Assembly: GCF_006345805.1 (NCBI RefSeq) | Contig: NW_021823609.1 | Span: 1-21,531, forward strand | DNA length: 21,531 nucleotides | From: Octopus sinensis | Taxonomy: Eukaryota | Reading direction: 5' to 3' | Part shown: positions 9,514 through 19,610 of the stretch, one piece after another | Position numbering within the stretch: position 1 is the first letter of the stretch | Layout of the letters: the number at the start of each line of letters is the position of its first letter | Notes under the pieces: model-generated | The model's input: the letters and a program-made list of their open reading frames with translations, nothing else | The model's database searches: none | Told to the model about the DNA's origin: nothing | Program-made: the position numbers and the translations under genes

Positions 9514-9799
9514 TAAGGAAAATAAAATAGAAAAGTTTAAAATAATTTTATCATGAAGTACATTTCGTAACGATTAATACCGGTTTCAGTCTTTTCGACT
9601 CTTTCACCTAAGAATAAAACAAAGGTGGATATTAATTAAGAAGAAAGTCAAATTAATTGTCTTTCTTCTTAATTAATATCCACCTTTGTTTTACTCTCAG
9701 TTGAAAGAGTCGAAAAGACTGAAACCGGTATTAACCGTTACGAAATGTACTTCATGATAAAATTATTTTAAACTTTTCTACCTTATCTTATTTTCCTTA
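9514..9799. mobile_element. 286-bp foldback element (Penelope-derived inverted repeat or MITE)
   Basis: Core arms 9528-9651 and 9657-9780 match 119/124 with a 5-nt centre attaa. The outer 12 bp (taaggaaaataa) are also inverted, across a 5-bp indel; TA at both ends. Confidence 0.7.
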
Positions 9800-10052
9800 C
9801 ACACAAACACATACACACACACACATACACACACACACACACTCACACACACACATAATGGCTACCTGAGATTTAAATCTATGCAAACTATTTCCGTTGC
9901 TAATGACGTCAAACAATATAGGTGAAACGTTAAAAACCGCCATCCTTATACAATTATAAAGAAAACAACGATACCAAGAAGAATCATCACAACTCCAACA
10001 AACACACACAAACACACACACACACACACACACACATACACACACAGACACA

Positions 10053-10090
<38 letters not shown>

Positions 10091-10582
10091 GAAATATATG
10101 GAACATAGAAACAAAAACATTAGCAGCAAACCATTCTCCCAATTACGAAATAACAAACGTGTAGATATATATATATATTTGTGTACCCCCCCCACACACA
10201 CAGACACACACACAGCACAATACACAAGGATATGCATACGCACGTAGCCATCTACGTATCATACGAATATGAATATATAAATATATAACTATATAAATAG
10301 GCAGGTGAACGTATATATGTTAGATATACGAGGGCACACACACATACACGTATTTAGAAAGAAAGAAGGAAAGAGAATGTGAGAGAGCGAGAAAGGGAGA
10401 AAGGGAGAAAGAAAGAAGGGGGGAGAGAGAGAGAGAGCAAGAGAGAGAGAGAATCACTTCGTCATAAATGTCTGTCGGTCTGAGGTCTGTGTGCCTGTGT
10501 ATATAAGAGAGAGACTCTAAAAGTTCACCGTTACTATTCTGTAAAGATTTTAACTTCTTGGCCTTCAGCCAGATATTGCGGC

Positions 10583-10588
<6 letters not shown>

Positions 10589-10652
<64 letters not shown>

Positions 10653-10665
10653 CGCACACACACAC
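10589..10665. repeat. (CA)n microsatellite
   Basis: Long, nearly pure CA run; similar runs at 9800-9855 and 10001-10085. Confidence 0.95.
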
Positions 10666-10680
10666 GTATGTATGTATATA

Positions 10681-10765
10681 AATCCTGGGGACGATTTGTT
10701 CGACTAAAGATGCATGAAGGTGGTGCCCCAGGATGGCCGCAATCTAGGAAGTAAAGAATAATAGA
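10681..10765 (+). mobile_element. SINE family A 3' end fragment
   Basis: tcctggggacgatttgttcgactaaag...gtgccccaggatggccgcaatc matches 13284-13340. Confidence 0.75.
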
Positions 10766-10788
10766 ACATACGTATATTATAGTGGTTA

Positions 10789-10851
<63 letters not shown>

Positions 10852-10873
10852 GTGTATATATATATGTGTATGT

Positions 10874-10932
10874 ACGCAAGAGTAGCTGCGTGGTAAGAGG
10901 CTTGCGTCCCAACCAAATGGTTCCGGGTTCAG
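10874..10932 (+). mobile_element. SINE family A head fragment
   Basis: gagtagctgcgtggtaagaggcttgcgtcccaaccaaatggttccgggttcag matches 12973-13026. Confidence 0.8.
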
Positions 10933-10975
10933 CTTGTATATATATATATATATACTTATATTTATATATATATAT

Positions 10976-11220
10976 GGATGTAGGTATGTGTGTATATATA
11001 TATATATATAATGGATGTAGGTATGTGTGTATATATATATATATGGATGTAGGTATGTGTGTATATATATATATATGGATGTAGGTATGTGTGTATATAT
11101 ATATATATGGATGTAGGTATGTGTGTATATATATATATATGGATGTAGGTATGTGTGTATATATATATATATGGATGTAGGTATGTGTGTATATATATAT
11201 ATGGAAGTATGTATGTGTGT
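10976..11220. repeat. 32-bp minisatellite, 7 copies plus 1 variant
   Basis: Unit ggatgtaggtatgtgtgt(at)7 starts at 10976, 11013, 11045, 11077, 11109, 11141 and 11173; a variant starts at 11203. Confidence 0.95.
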
Positions 11221-11239
11221 TCATATATATATATATATA

Positions 11240-11581
11240 ATTGCTGTTGCTGCTTTTGCTGCTTCCATTGCTGCAGCAACAACGGTAGTAGTAGTAGTAG
11301 TGGTGGTAGTAGTAGTAGTAGTAGTAGTGACAGTAGTAATAAAAGTAGTAGCAGCAGCAACAGCAGCAACAGCCGCAGTAGTAGTAGTGGTAGCAGCAGC
11401 AGTAGTAGTAGTAGTAGCAGCAGCAGCAGCGATAGTAGTAGTAGTAGTAGTAGCAGCAGCAGCAGTAGTAGTAGTAGTAGTAGTAGTACAAGTCGCAAGA
11501 CCAGCAGCAGCAGCACTGGCAACAGCGGTTGTAGTAGTAGTAGTAGTAAGAGCAGCAGCAGTAAGAGCAGTAAGAGCAGCA

Positions 11582-11642
<61 letters not shown>

Positions 11643-11665
11643 TAGTAGCAGCAGCAGCAGCAGTC
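11240..11665. repeat. (TAG)n/(CAG)n trinucleotide mosaic
   Basis: Interleaved gta and gca runs; source of the poly-S/V/A/L/Y/C ORFs. Confidence 0.95.
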
Positions 11666-12323
11666 CATACTCCAGCAGCGTCAGATTGCCATCATGGCTG
11701 TTCCGCTGTTTCCATGCCAACACATCTTTTCCCCGCTGTTTCACTGCTATCCACATTAACTTGTTGCCGTTCTTCTTCTTCTTCTTCTTCTTACCATTGT
11801 TGTTGTTGTTGCTGTTCCTGTTATCCGCCACCCTCCCTCTCTTTTACTCTCCTACCCCCCCCCATTCCTCATTGCTAAAGCCAGCATGGCTGTCTGCTGT
11901 TTTCACTGCTCTTCTTCTGGCTGCAGCGGTTGCTGTGTTTTGCTTGTAATTGTTGTTATTGTTGATGTTTGTTGTTGTTTTAACTGCTGCTGCTGCTGAT
12001 GCTGTTACACCCACGTGCACCGCACGCGCCACCCCAATTCTTGTTACCGGTTGTTGCTGTCGTTGTTGTTGTTGTTGTTATCAATGTTACAGCAACACCA
12101 AGCCCGCCGTCGCTGCCCTTACATCACAACGCAAATATTTTAAAATTTAAATCGAGATGATACATGCGTGGAGGCATGTGTCACTCTTGTAATACTAGCT
12201 CAAATATGTATGCGTGCGTATTTCTATACGTGTAAGTATCCCTATATATCTGTGTGTACGTGTGCGTATGTGTGTGTGTGTGTGTGCATAGATATAACTG
12301 TCAGTCTATATATCTATCTATCT

Positions 12324-12375
<52 letters not shown>

Positions 12376-12608
12376 TACATATGTATGTAAATGTGTAAAC
12401 GTACATGTATGTATGAATATGTGTGTGTGTATATATATATACATACATATATATTATATGTATATCATAACACATATACACATACACTCACAAATATACA
12501 TACACAGACAAATATACATATACATACACACACACACACACACATATTATATATATATATATATTATATATATATATATAATATATATATATGTATGTAT
12601 TTATACAT

Positions 12609-12676
<68 letters not shown>

Positions 12677-12684
12677 CATACATA

Positions 12685-12715
12685 CAGGGTGACCCAAAAG
12701 TAGGTTTACAGTTAT
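12685..12715. mobile_element. Solo Tc1/mariner-type terminus
   Basis: TA-cagggtgacccaaaagtaggtttacagtt directly after a (TA)n tract; no partner inverted repeat found in the window. Confidence 0.4.
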
Positions 12716-12832
12716 TCTACTTTCACTTTCACATTCATATATTAACAGTTTAGATCTTAATTATAAAAAAAATATGAAACCATTATTCTAGGCTAATTTA
12801 GTTAATTTTTTCAGCTCCTAAGATGGAAATTT

Positions 12833-12934
12833 AAGGCTTTGGTTAGCCCGAGGCTATGGTTGAAGATACCTGCCCAAGGTGCCACTGAACCCGTAACCAT
12901 GTGGCTGGGAAGCAAGCTTCTTACTACGCCGCCA
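12833..12934 (-). mobile_element. SINE family A 5' part
   Basis: Reverse complement ggcggcgtagtaagaagcttgcttcccagccacatggttacgggttcagtggcaccttgggcagg...aaagcctt aligns with 12966-13088. Confidence 0.85.
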
Positions 12935-12965
12935 TATTATATATATATATATATATATATGATAT

Positions 12966-13369
12966 GGCGGCAAGTGTGGCTCTGTGGTAAGAAGCTTACT
13001 TCCCTACCACGTAGTTCCGGGTTCAGTCCTACTGCGTGGCACCTTGGGCAAATATCTTCTGCTACACCTTTGGGACGCCGAAAGCCTTGTCAGTGGATTT
13101 GGTAGCCGGAAACTGAAAGAAGCCCGTCGTATATATGCATATACATATATATGTTTGTATGTCTGTGTTTGTCCCCACCCCTAACATCACTTGACAACCG
13201 ATGTTGGTGTGTCTGCGTTCCCGTAACATAGCGGTTCGACAGAAGATAACGACAGAAAAAACTACTAGGTTTACAAAGAATAAGTCCTGTGTCTCGATTT
13301 GTTCGACTAAAGGCGTTGCTCCAGCATGGTCGCAACCAAATTGACTGAAATGAGAGTAAAAAGACTAAA
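12966..13369 (+). mobile_element. SINE family A, full-length reference copy
   Basis: A box tggctctgtgg and B box-like gggttcagtcct, body, short internal TA/TG microsatellite (13130-13165), 3' half and A-rich tail gagagtaaaagactaaaa. Confidence 0.85.
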
Positions 13370-13539
13370 ACGGACACGTGTGTGTGTGTGAGTAGCGTCT
13401 GTTGCGTGTGTGTCTGTCAATTTGGAAGAGAACGAAAGCTGTTTTTGCTGAAACTGAAGAATTTCCAGATAATGCAATAAACCAACTTATCGAAACCATT
13501 CTTCACTCAGAATTGCTTACAACAACATCCATCTCGTAT

Positions 13540-13900
13540 TTGTCTCTTTGTCCTAATCTTTCTATTTCGCCCTCAGTACTACATCCCCTCTACACCCTAC
13601 TACCCCTCCTCTCTCTTTCTATCTCTCTATCTCTCTCACTCTCTCACTCTTTTTTTTCATTCCTTCCCCTGTCGTATTTCTCCCATCTTTTATACTCTCG
13701 ACCTCTGACTTCATCATCTCGACAGCCATCCTCTTACTCAACCTTCCTCTCTCCGTTTCTCAACCTTCATCTCTCTGCTTCTCTCTCCTTCGTTTTCTCT
13801 CTCTCATCTCTCTCATCTCCCTCCCTCATCTCTCTCCCATTCACTTTCTTTTCTCTTCGCCTATTAATTCTCGCCAATCACTCCCAACTCTCCAATCCTT
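13540..13900. repeat. Polypyrimidine (CT-rich) low-complexity tract
   Basis: About 360 bp dominated by C and T. Confidence 0.85.
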
Positions 13901-13934
13901 AGTCCTCGCATTTAATCCAACAATTTCTACGCGT

Positions 13935-16010
13935 TATGTGTAAGCATGTTTGCGTGTGTGTGCGCTCGTGTGTGTGTGTGTGTGTGAGTGTGTGTGCATT
14001 AGTGTGTGCGTTGTGTGTGTACAAACGTGTGCATTTGTGCGTGTTTGTATATGTGTGTGCGCATTCTGCGTGTGTATATGTATGTGTGCGTGCATGCGTG
14101 TGTTCGTGTGTGTTTGTGTGTGTGTGTTTGTGTGTGTTTGTGTGTGTGTGTTTGTGCGTGTGTGTGTGTGTTCTGTGTGTGTATATATGTGTACACTAGT
14201 GTGGTTGAGTTTGTATGTGTGCGTGGATGGGCGGGTGTGTGCGTTCTGTGTGTGTTTGTTTTGTGTGTGCGTGTGTATATATGTATTCATTTTGTGTATG
14301 TGTACTAGTGTATGTGTGTGTGTTTGCCTGTTTTGTGTGTTTGAATGTGTTTATCTGTGTATGTGTGTGTATGTGTGTGTTTGTGTCCTTGCGTGTATGT
14401 GAATATTATGTGCTTGTACTAGTGTGTGTGCGTCAATCTCTGTGCGTTGTGCTTGTATGTGTTTGTATGTCTGTGTGTATGTGTGCTTGTCTTTATGTGT
14501 GTATTTTGTATACGTGTATTCGTGGGTGTGCGTGTATGTTTATGCGTATATGCATGTGTGTGCGTTTGAATGTGTTTGTGTGTGTTGGAGCGAATCCATA
14601 TATGTTTGTACTGGAGCGTGTCTGTACGTGGTTGTGTATTGGAGTATGTCCGTATATGTTTGTATGTATTGGAGTATGTCCATATGTAGTTATGTATTGG
14701 AGCGTGTCCGTATGTGTTTGTACATGTTGGAGCGTGTCCGTATGTGTTTGTGTGTATTGGAGTGTGCCCGCATGTGGTTGTGTATTGGGGCGTGTCCGTA
14801 TGTGTTTGTACGTGTTGGAGCGTGGCCGTATGTGTTTGTGTGTATTGGAGTGTGCCCGCATGTGGTTGTGTATTGGGGCGTGTCCGTATGTGTTTGTACG
14901 TGTTGGAGCGTGGCCGTATGTGTTTGTGTGCATCGGAGCATGTCCGTATGTGGTTGTGTGTGTTGGAGCGTATCAGTATGTGTTTGTACGTGTTGGAGCG
15001 TGTCCGTATGTTATTTGTGTGTATTGGAGCATGTCCGTATGTGGTTGTGTGTGTTGGAGCGTGTCCGTATGTGTTTGTACGTGTTGGAGCGTGTCCGTAT
15101 GTTATTTGTGTGTATTGGAGCATGTCCGTATGTGGTTGTGTGTGTTGGAGCGTGTCCGTATGTGTTTGTACGTGTTGGAGCGTGTCCGTATGTGAATTTT
15201 ATTTGTATTGTGCGCTTGTGTATATCTCTAGGGCTGCGCATGTGTTGGAGTATGTACTTGCGTGTATGTGTGTGTGCGCGTCTTTCTGTGCATATATGTA
15301 TGTGCGTGTGTGTGGGCAAGGACGTCTGCGTGTATATGTATTTGTGTGCATGTATGTGTGCATATGTGTGTGTCCATGTGTGCGCATATGTGTGTGCATG
15401 TGTGTGTGCGTATCAGAGCTTAAACGCGTGTTCGTGTAAGCGCCTGGACTCGCGAGTGTGTGTGTATGTGTGTGCATGAGTGTATGTGTACGTGCCATTA
15501 CAGCGTGTATGTGTCTGTGTTTGTGTATGTGCATGTCTGTTTCAGAGTTTAAATGTGTGTTCATGTTTATGCATATGGACGTCTGTATATATATGTATGC
15601 GTATGGACGTGTGGGTGTTTCAATTTAAATGTGTGTGAATGTGTATACGTATGGACGTCTGTGTGTGTGAATGTGTATGCGTATGGACGTCTGTGCATGA
15701 ATGTATGTATGTATGTGCATGTATGTATGTATGTATGTATGTGTGTGTGTGTATGTATGTGTGTGTATGTATGTGTGTGTGAATGTGTATGTGAATGACC
15801 GTCTGAGTCTGTATGTATGTGCCTGTGTGTGTACCAGAGTTTAAATGTCTGTATGTGTCTGGGCGTGTGTGCATGTGTGTGTGTGTGTGTGTGGGCATGT
15901 GTGTGCATGTGTATGAGTACGGACTCTGCGTGTGTATGTATGCATGTGTGTGTATGTGTGTATATGTATATGTGTGTATGTATGCGTGTATGTGTGTGTA
16001 TCGGAATATA
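13935..16010. repeat. 2-kb GT-rich low-complexity domain
   Basis: Degenerate (GT)n throughout; contains the 30-bp minisatellite and weaker tatggacgtctg repeats (15574-15695). Confidence 0.9.
14585..15193. repeat. ~30-bp minisatellite, 21 monomers
   Basis: Consensus ttggagcgtgtccgtatgtgtttgtacgtg; monomer starts from 14585 to 15175 with lengths of 26-31 bp. Confidence 0.95.
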
Positions 16011-16218
16011 AATGTATCTGTATGTTCCACAATAATTATTTCGAAAATAATTTCGTCCATTGGAAATCGAATCGGTTCCAAATTGGTTGTTGATATTGTT
16101 CAGCATCAGATCAGCTTTGATTGAATAGACACACGATCAAAGAGACTCCACCCGCGACCATCTCATCCTTCGTCTGGAAATCATGTAATTCAAATGTGCT
16201 CCTGTTTAACACGCAAAA

Positions 16219-16279
16219 TGTATTGTGAAAGAGATTTAGCTGTTATTTCTTGCAAGTTGAATGGCCACATAGGGATGCC
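16219..16279 (+). repeat. ~55-bp interspersed motif, three direct copies (16219-16279, 17101-17162, 17978-18033)
   Basis: Degenerate consensus tttgaggga-tttggctgctatttctagca..tcga.cgaccatgt visible at the three sites; probably the tail of a SINE. Confidence 0.45.
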
Positions 16280-16352
16280 TTCATTGATTCGAAAAGACTT
16301 CTTGTTTTATGATTTAAGATAATGCAATCGCGGCCCTCTCGACTGTCTGTTG

Positions 16353-16866
16353 CAGGGATTCTCAACCAGGGTCAATATGGTACTGAGGGTCCATATAAAA
16401 AATTTGGGGTCTACGCACCAAAATAGTAAATTAGAGATCTACAATAGTATTTTAAGGGCTCCTGGAACAAAATTTGCTTTAGATATATGTATTGGTACGT
16501 ATTGGAAAAAAACCCCCAGAATTCTTTCTCTAACATTTTACGTAACTCTGCTTACACAAGTTAATGCGTGGAAAACAAAATAGGAATACTGAAGGGAGTA
16601 TCTATAAAACTAATTTTTAAACATCGAATGGCTGTGGGGTCCACCAGATTAAAACAGCAATCAAAGGGGTCCATAGATGATTAATGATTGAGAACCACGT
16701 TTTATATAGTTCAGCCTACAGCAGAGAATGTGTTCAAAACAAAATAGGAACTTCGAAAGGAGTTTCTATAAAACTAGTTTTTAAATATCGAATAGCTATG
16801 GGAGTCCACCAGAATAAAATGGTAATCAAAGGGGTCCATAGGTTAAAAAATGGTTGAGAATCCCTG
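16353..16866. mobile_element. 514-bp hAT (Charlie/Buster-like) MITE with duplicated right end
   Basis: Perfect 15-bp TIR cagggattctcaacc (16353-16367) / ggttgagaatccctg (16852-16866). Right flank gtctagag fits the NTCTAGAN Charlie target; left flank gtctgttg matches it 5/8. Confidence 0.8.
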
Positions 16867-17231
16867 GTCTAGAGTATTGATACTAAACCTCGGCTCACAG
16901 GATCCCATGCGGCCTTCAAGCATCCTTCAAGCATCTTCGTCTAAATACATTGAAGTTTTCTTTAATTGGATTGTGTTTTGCTTTTCTTCGTGCGGCCCTT
17001 TAAAATAATTCTGGCTCAGATATTCAAATGGCTGAGCATCGTTGGTCATGGGTCATCTTGGATTACATTATCTTCTGTGTCGTTTTTCTCTTTAAAAAAT
17101 GGTCTCATTTGAAGGATATTTGGCTACTATGTCCAACACGTCGAGCGTTCATGTAATGGCTCCAATAATAGCTCAAGTAGACATGTTATCAAAAGCTTTC
17201 CAACAACGACCAACCAGCCCTTAAATATTTA

Positions 17232-17394
17232 GATGTAGACATGGGTGTGTGGTCAAGAACATTACCTTGCAACCACGAGATTTCGCTTTCAGCCTCAATT
17301 TGCGGCATCTTAGGCAACTGTCTTTTTTTTAGAGCTCCGGACCGACCAAAGCCTTGTGAGGGAATTTGGTAGACGGAAACTGTGTAGAAGCCTG

Positions 17395-17395
<1 letters not shown>
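17232..17395 (+). mobile_element. SINE family A 5' half
   Basis: gtgtgtggtcaagaac...gaccgaccaaagccttgtgagggaatttggtagacggaaactgtgtagaagcctgt, followed by (TA)n at 17398-17438. Confidence 0.75.
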
Positions 17396-17441
<46 letters not shown>

Positions 17442-17704
17442 GTTGCGAAATACATTTGCCCAGGGTTTACTGGCTGGTTGAAGCATTTATTTATTAGTTG
17501 CGTTTTAAGCAGACGCCGTTTGAATAAGGACGCTCACAAAGAGGAAGACCAAAGGAAAATTACAAGGGGGTTTACCAACTTTACAATACACAAATGTTAA
17601 AAACACGTAATCAATATATTAATGGTTTACGATGTGTCTGGTGGCCCATTTGTAAATTCCACCAAGATGTATTTCTTAAAATATGGACATACGGAAAAAA
17701 TCTC

Positions 17705-17919
17705 GTTTCTGGACAACCGGTATTAGTTTGTTTACGTTCCTGTAACTGAATGAGTTGAGCAAAGAGGCCAATAGAATAAGTATCTGGCTTTAAAAAGGCA
17801 GACATGTCATCAACGATCCTTACACATTTAGGTGTAGGTATGGGAGTAAATTTGTTCGACTAAACGTTTTAAGACGATGCCCCACATTGGCCGCTGTCCA
17901 ATTAGTGAAACAAGAAAAA
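17705..17919 (+). mobile_element. SINE family A 3' half (decayed, with ~45-bp insertion)
   Basis: gacaaccggtattagtttgtttacgttcctgtaact...atttgttcgactaaa...atgccccacattggccgctgtccaattagtgaaacaag. Confidence 0.7.
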
Positions 17920-18090
17920 TATCAGAGATCGGTAAGACGTTATTCTCCGATGTGTCTGTCCCCGCTTGGGACAGTATTGGGTGTAATTTGAGGGAGTTTA
18001 GTAGCTATTTCTAGCAAATTTAGTCGACCATGTTGGTGTTATGTCGTTGCGTCAAAACATGATTATATTCTTTTAACTTTGTCTTATTAT

Positions 18091-18454
18091 ACTTGTTTCA
18101 CTCATTAGACTGTGGCCATGCTGGGGCACTGCCTTGAAGGATTTAGTCGAACAAATCGACCCCACTACTTTTTCTGTCTCTCTTTGTCGAACTGCTTGTT
18201 ACAAGGATGTAAACAACTCAACACCGGTTGTCAAGCGGTGCTGGAGGACAAGCGCAAACAAAAAGCCCCGACCCCCATAAACATTCACACATATATACGA
18301 TGAGCTTCTTTCAGTTTCCGTCGACCAAATTCACTCAGAATCCTTGGTCGGCCCGGAATTCTGGTAGAAGGCCATTGCCCAAGGTATCACGCAGTGGGAT
18401 TGAACCCGGAACCATGTGGTTGGGAAGCAACCTTCTTACCACATAGCGCCACAC
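18091..18454 (-). mobile_element. SINE family A, near full-length
   Basis: Reverse complement contains head (gtggtaagaaggttgcttcccaaccacatggttccgggttcaatccc), body and 3' half, with an internal deletion. Confidence 0.85.
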
Positions 18455-18640
18455 TCGAACCTATATCGGTCAAAAATAGGGATTTAGTCACCAGTAAATG
18501 TTGCAGGACGATCGTTTTACAAAAATACCAATAATATTTGACCAAATAGCGTAAAGTGAATCTCGAAGCAGAACGGTTTAGAAACGGCAGCTTGCAAACA
18601 GTCCACAAATCTTTTCCTTTTCACTGATTTTGTTATTTAC

Positions 18641-19080
18641 AATCACACACACGTGTGTGTGTGTGTGCGTGTTTGTGTTTATATGTATGTGTGTTTGTAT
18701 GGATGTGTGTGTGTATGGATGTGTGTGTGTTTGTGTGTGTATATGTGTGTAGGAGTAGAGTGTGAACGCGAGTGATTGCGAGTGGGCGTGAAGGTGTGTA
18801 TGTGTGTATGTACGTTTGTGTGTGTTTGTATGTATGTAGGTGTGTATGTGTATATGTGAATGTGTTTCTGTGCATGTGTGTGTATATGGATGAGCGTGGC
18901 TTTGTGTGTGTGTGTTTGTTTGCATGTATGTGGCTGTGTATGTGTACATAAGTGTGTTGCTACTCATGTGTATGTATGTACGTATGTTTATATGTAAATG
19001 TGTGTATGTGTACGTAGTGTAGAAGTGTGTATGAGTGTGTGTTTGTATGCATGTGTGTGTGTGTATGCGCGCGTATATCT
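18641..19080. repeat. GT-rich low-complexity tract
   Basis: Degenerate (GT)n, read directly. Confidence 0.9.
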
Positions 19081-19082
19081 TG

Positions 19083-19308
19083 ATGTCTGTGTCTATGTCT
19101 CAGCCTGTCCCCACCGCATGACAACCGGTATTGGTGTGTTTACGTCCCCATAACTTAACAATTCGGCAAAAGACCCGATAAAATAAGCACCAGACCTTTG
19201 AAAAAATATGGAAAATAAACATCGTGGTCGATTAATTCAAATACAAATCATTCAAGACGGTGCTACAGCATGGCCGCAATCCAATCACTGAAACCAGTAA
19301 AAAGATAC
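19083..19308 (+). mobile_element. SINE family A 3' half
   Basis: tgtccccaccgcatgacaaccggtattggtgtgtttacgtccccataactt...cggtgctacagcatggccgcaatccaatcactgaaaccagtaaaaagata. Confidence 0.8.
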
Positions 19309-19570
19309 ATAAATATATAATAGCGTGAGTGAATCTCGAAGCAGTATATGTGTGCGTGTACCCGTATGTAATGTGCGTGTGTGTATTCACCACACGCTTT
19401 CGTATTCACCGCTTTACGCGGATGTGAATATACGTGTATTTGTCAGTTTGTGTGTATGTGTGCATGTATGCGTTTGTATGTGTGTGCACGTGAATGTGTG
19501 TCTATATCTTCTATACTGTTTGATATTCACGTCAAAATGTGCGTGAATGTGTGCGTCCGTAAGTACGTAT

Positions 19571-19610
<40 letters not shown>

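Noticed and set aside
10976-11220. CRISPR-like array of 32-bp repeats
   Set aside because: Units are directly tandem with no unique spacers, there are no cas genes, and the context is eukaryotic.
14419-15123. 234-aa His-rich repeat protein (TYGHAPTHTN)n, and the Cys/Val-rich ORFs on the opposite strand
   Set aside because: The 28- and 31-bp monomers shift the frame so the peptide alternates between YGHAP and IRTRSN repeats, and several frames on both strands are open. This indicates a non-coding minisatellite.
15567-16106. ORF starting MLNNINNQFGTDSISNGRNYFRNNYCG
   Set aside because: Only ~30 unique codons precede a (CA)n-derived tail; no homology recognised, and the upstream sequence looks like decayed repeat.
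17956-17973. Hairpin ctgtccc-gctt-gggacag as a terminator or regulatory stem
   Set aside because: A 7-bp stem is expected by chance in 21 kb, and there is no U-tract or gene context.
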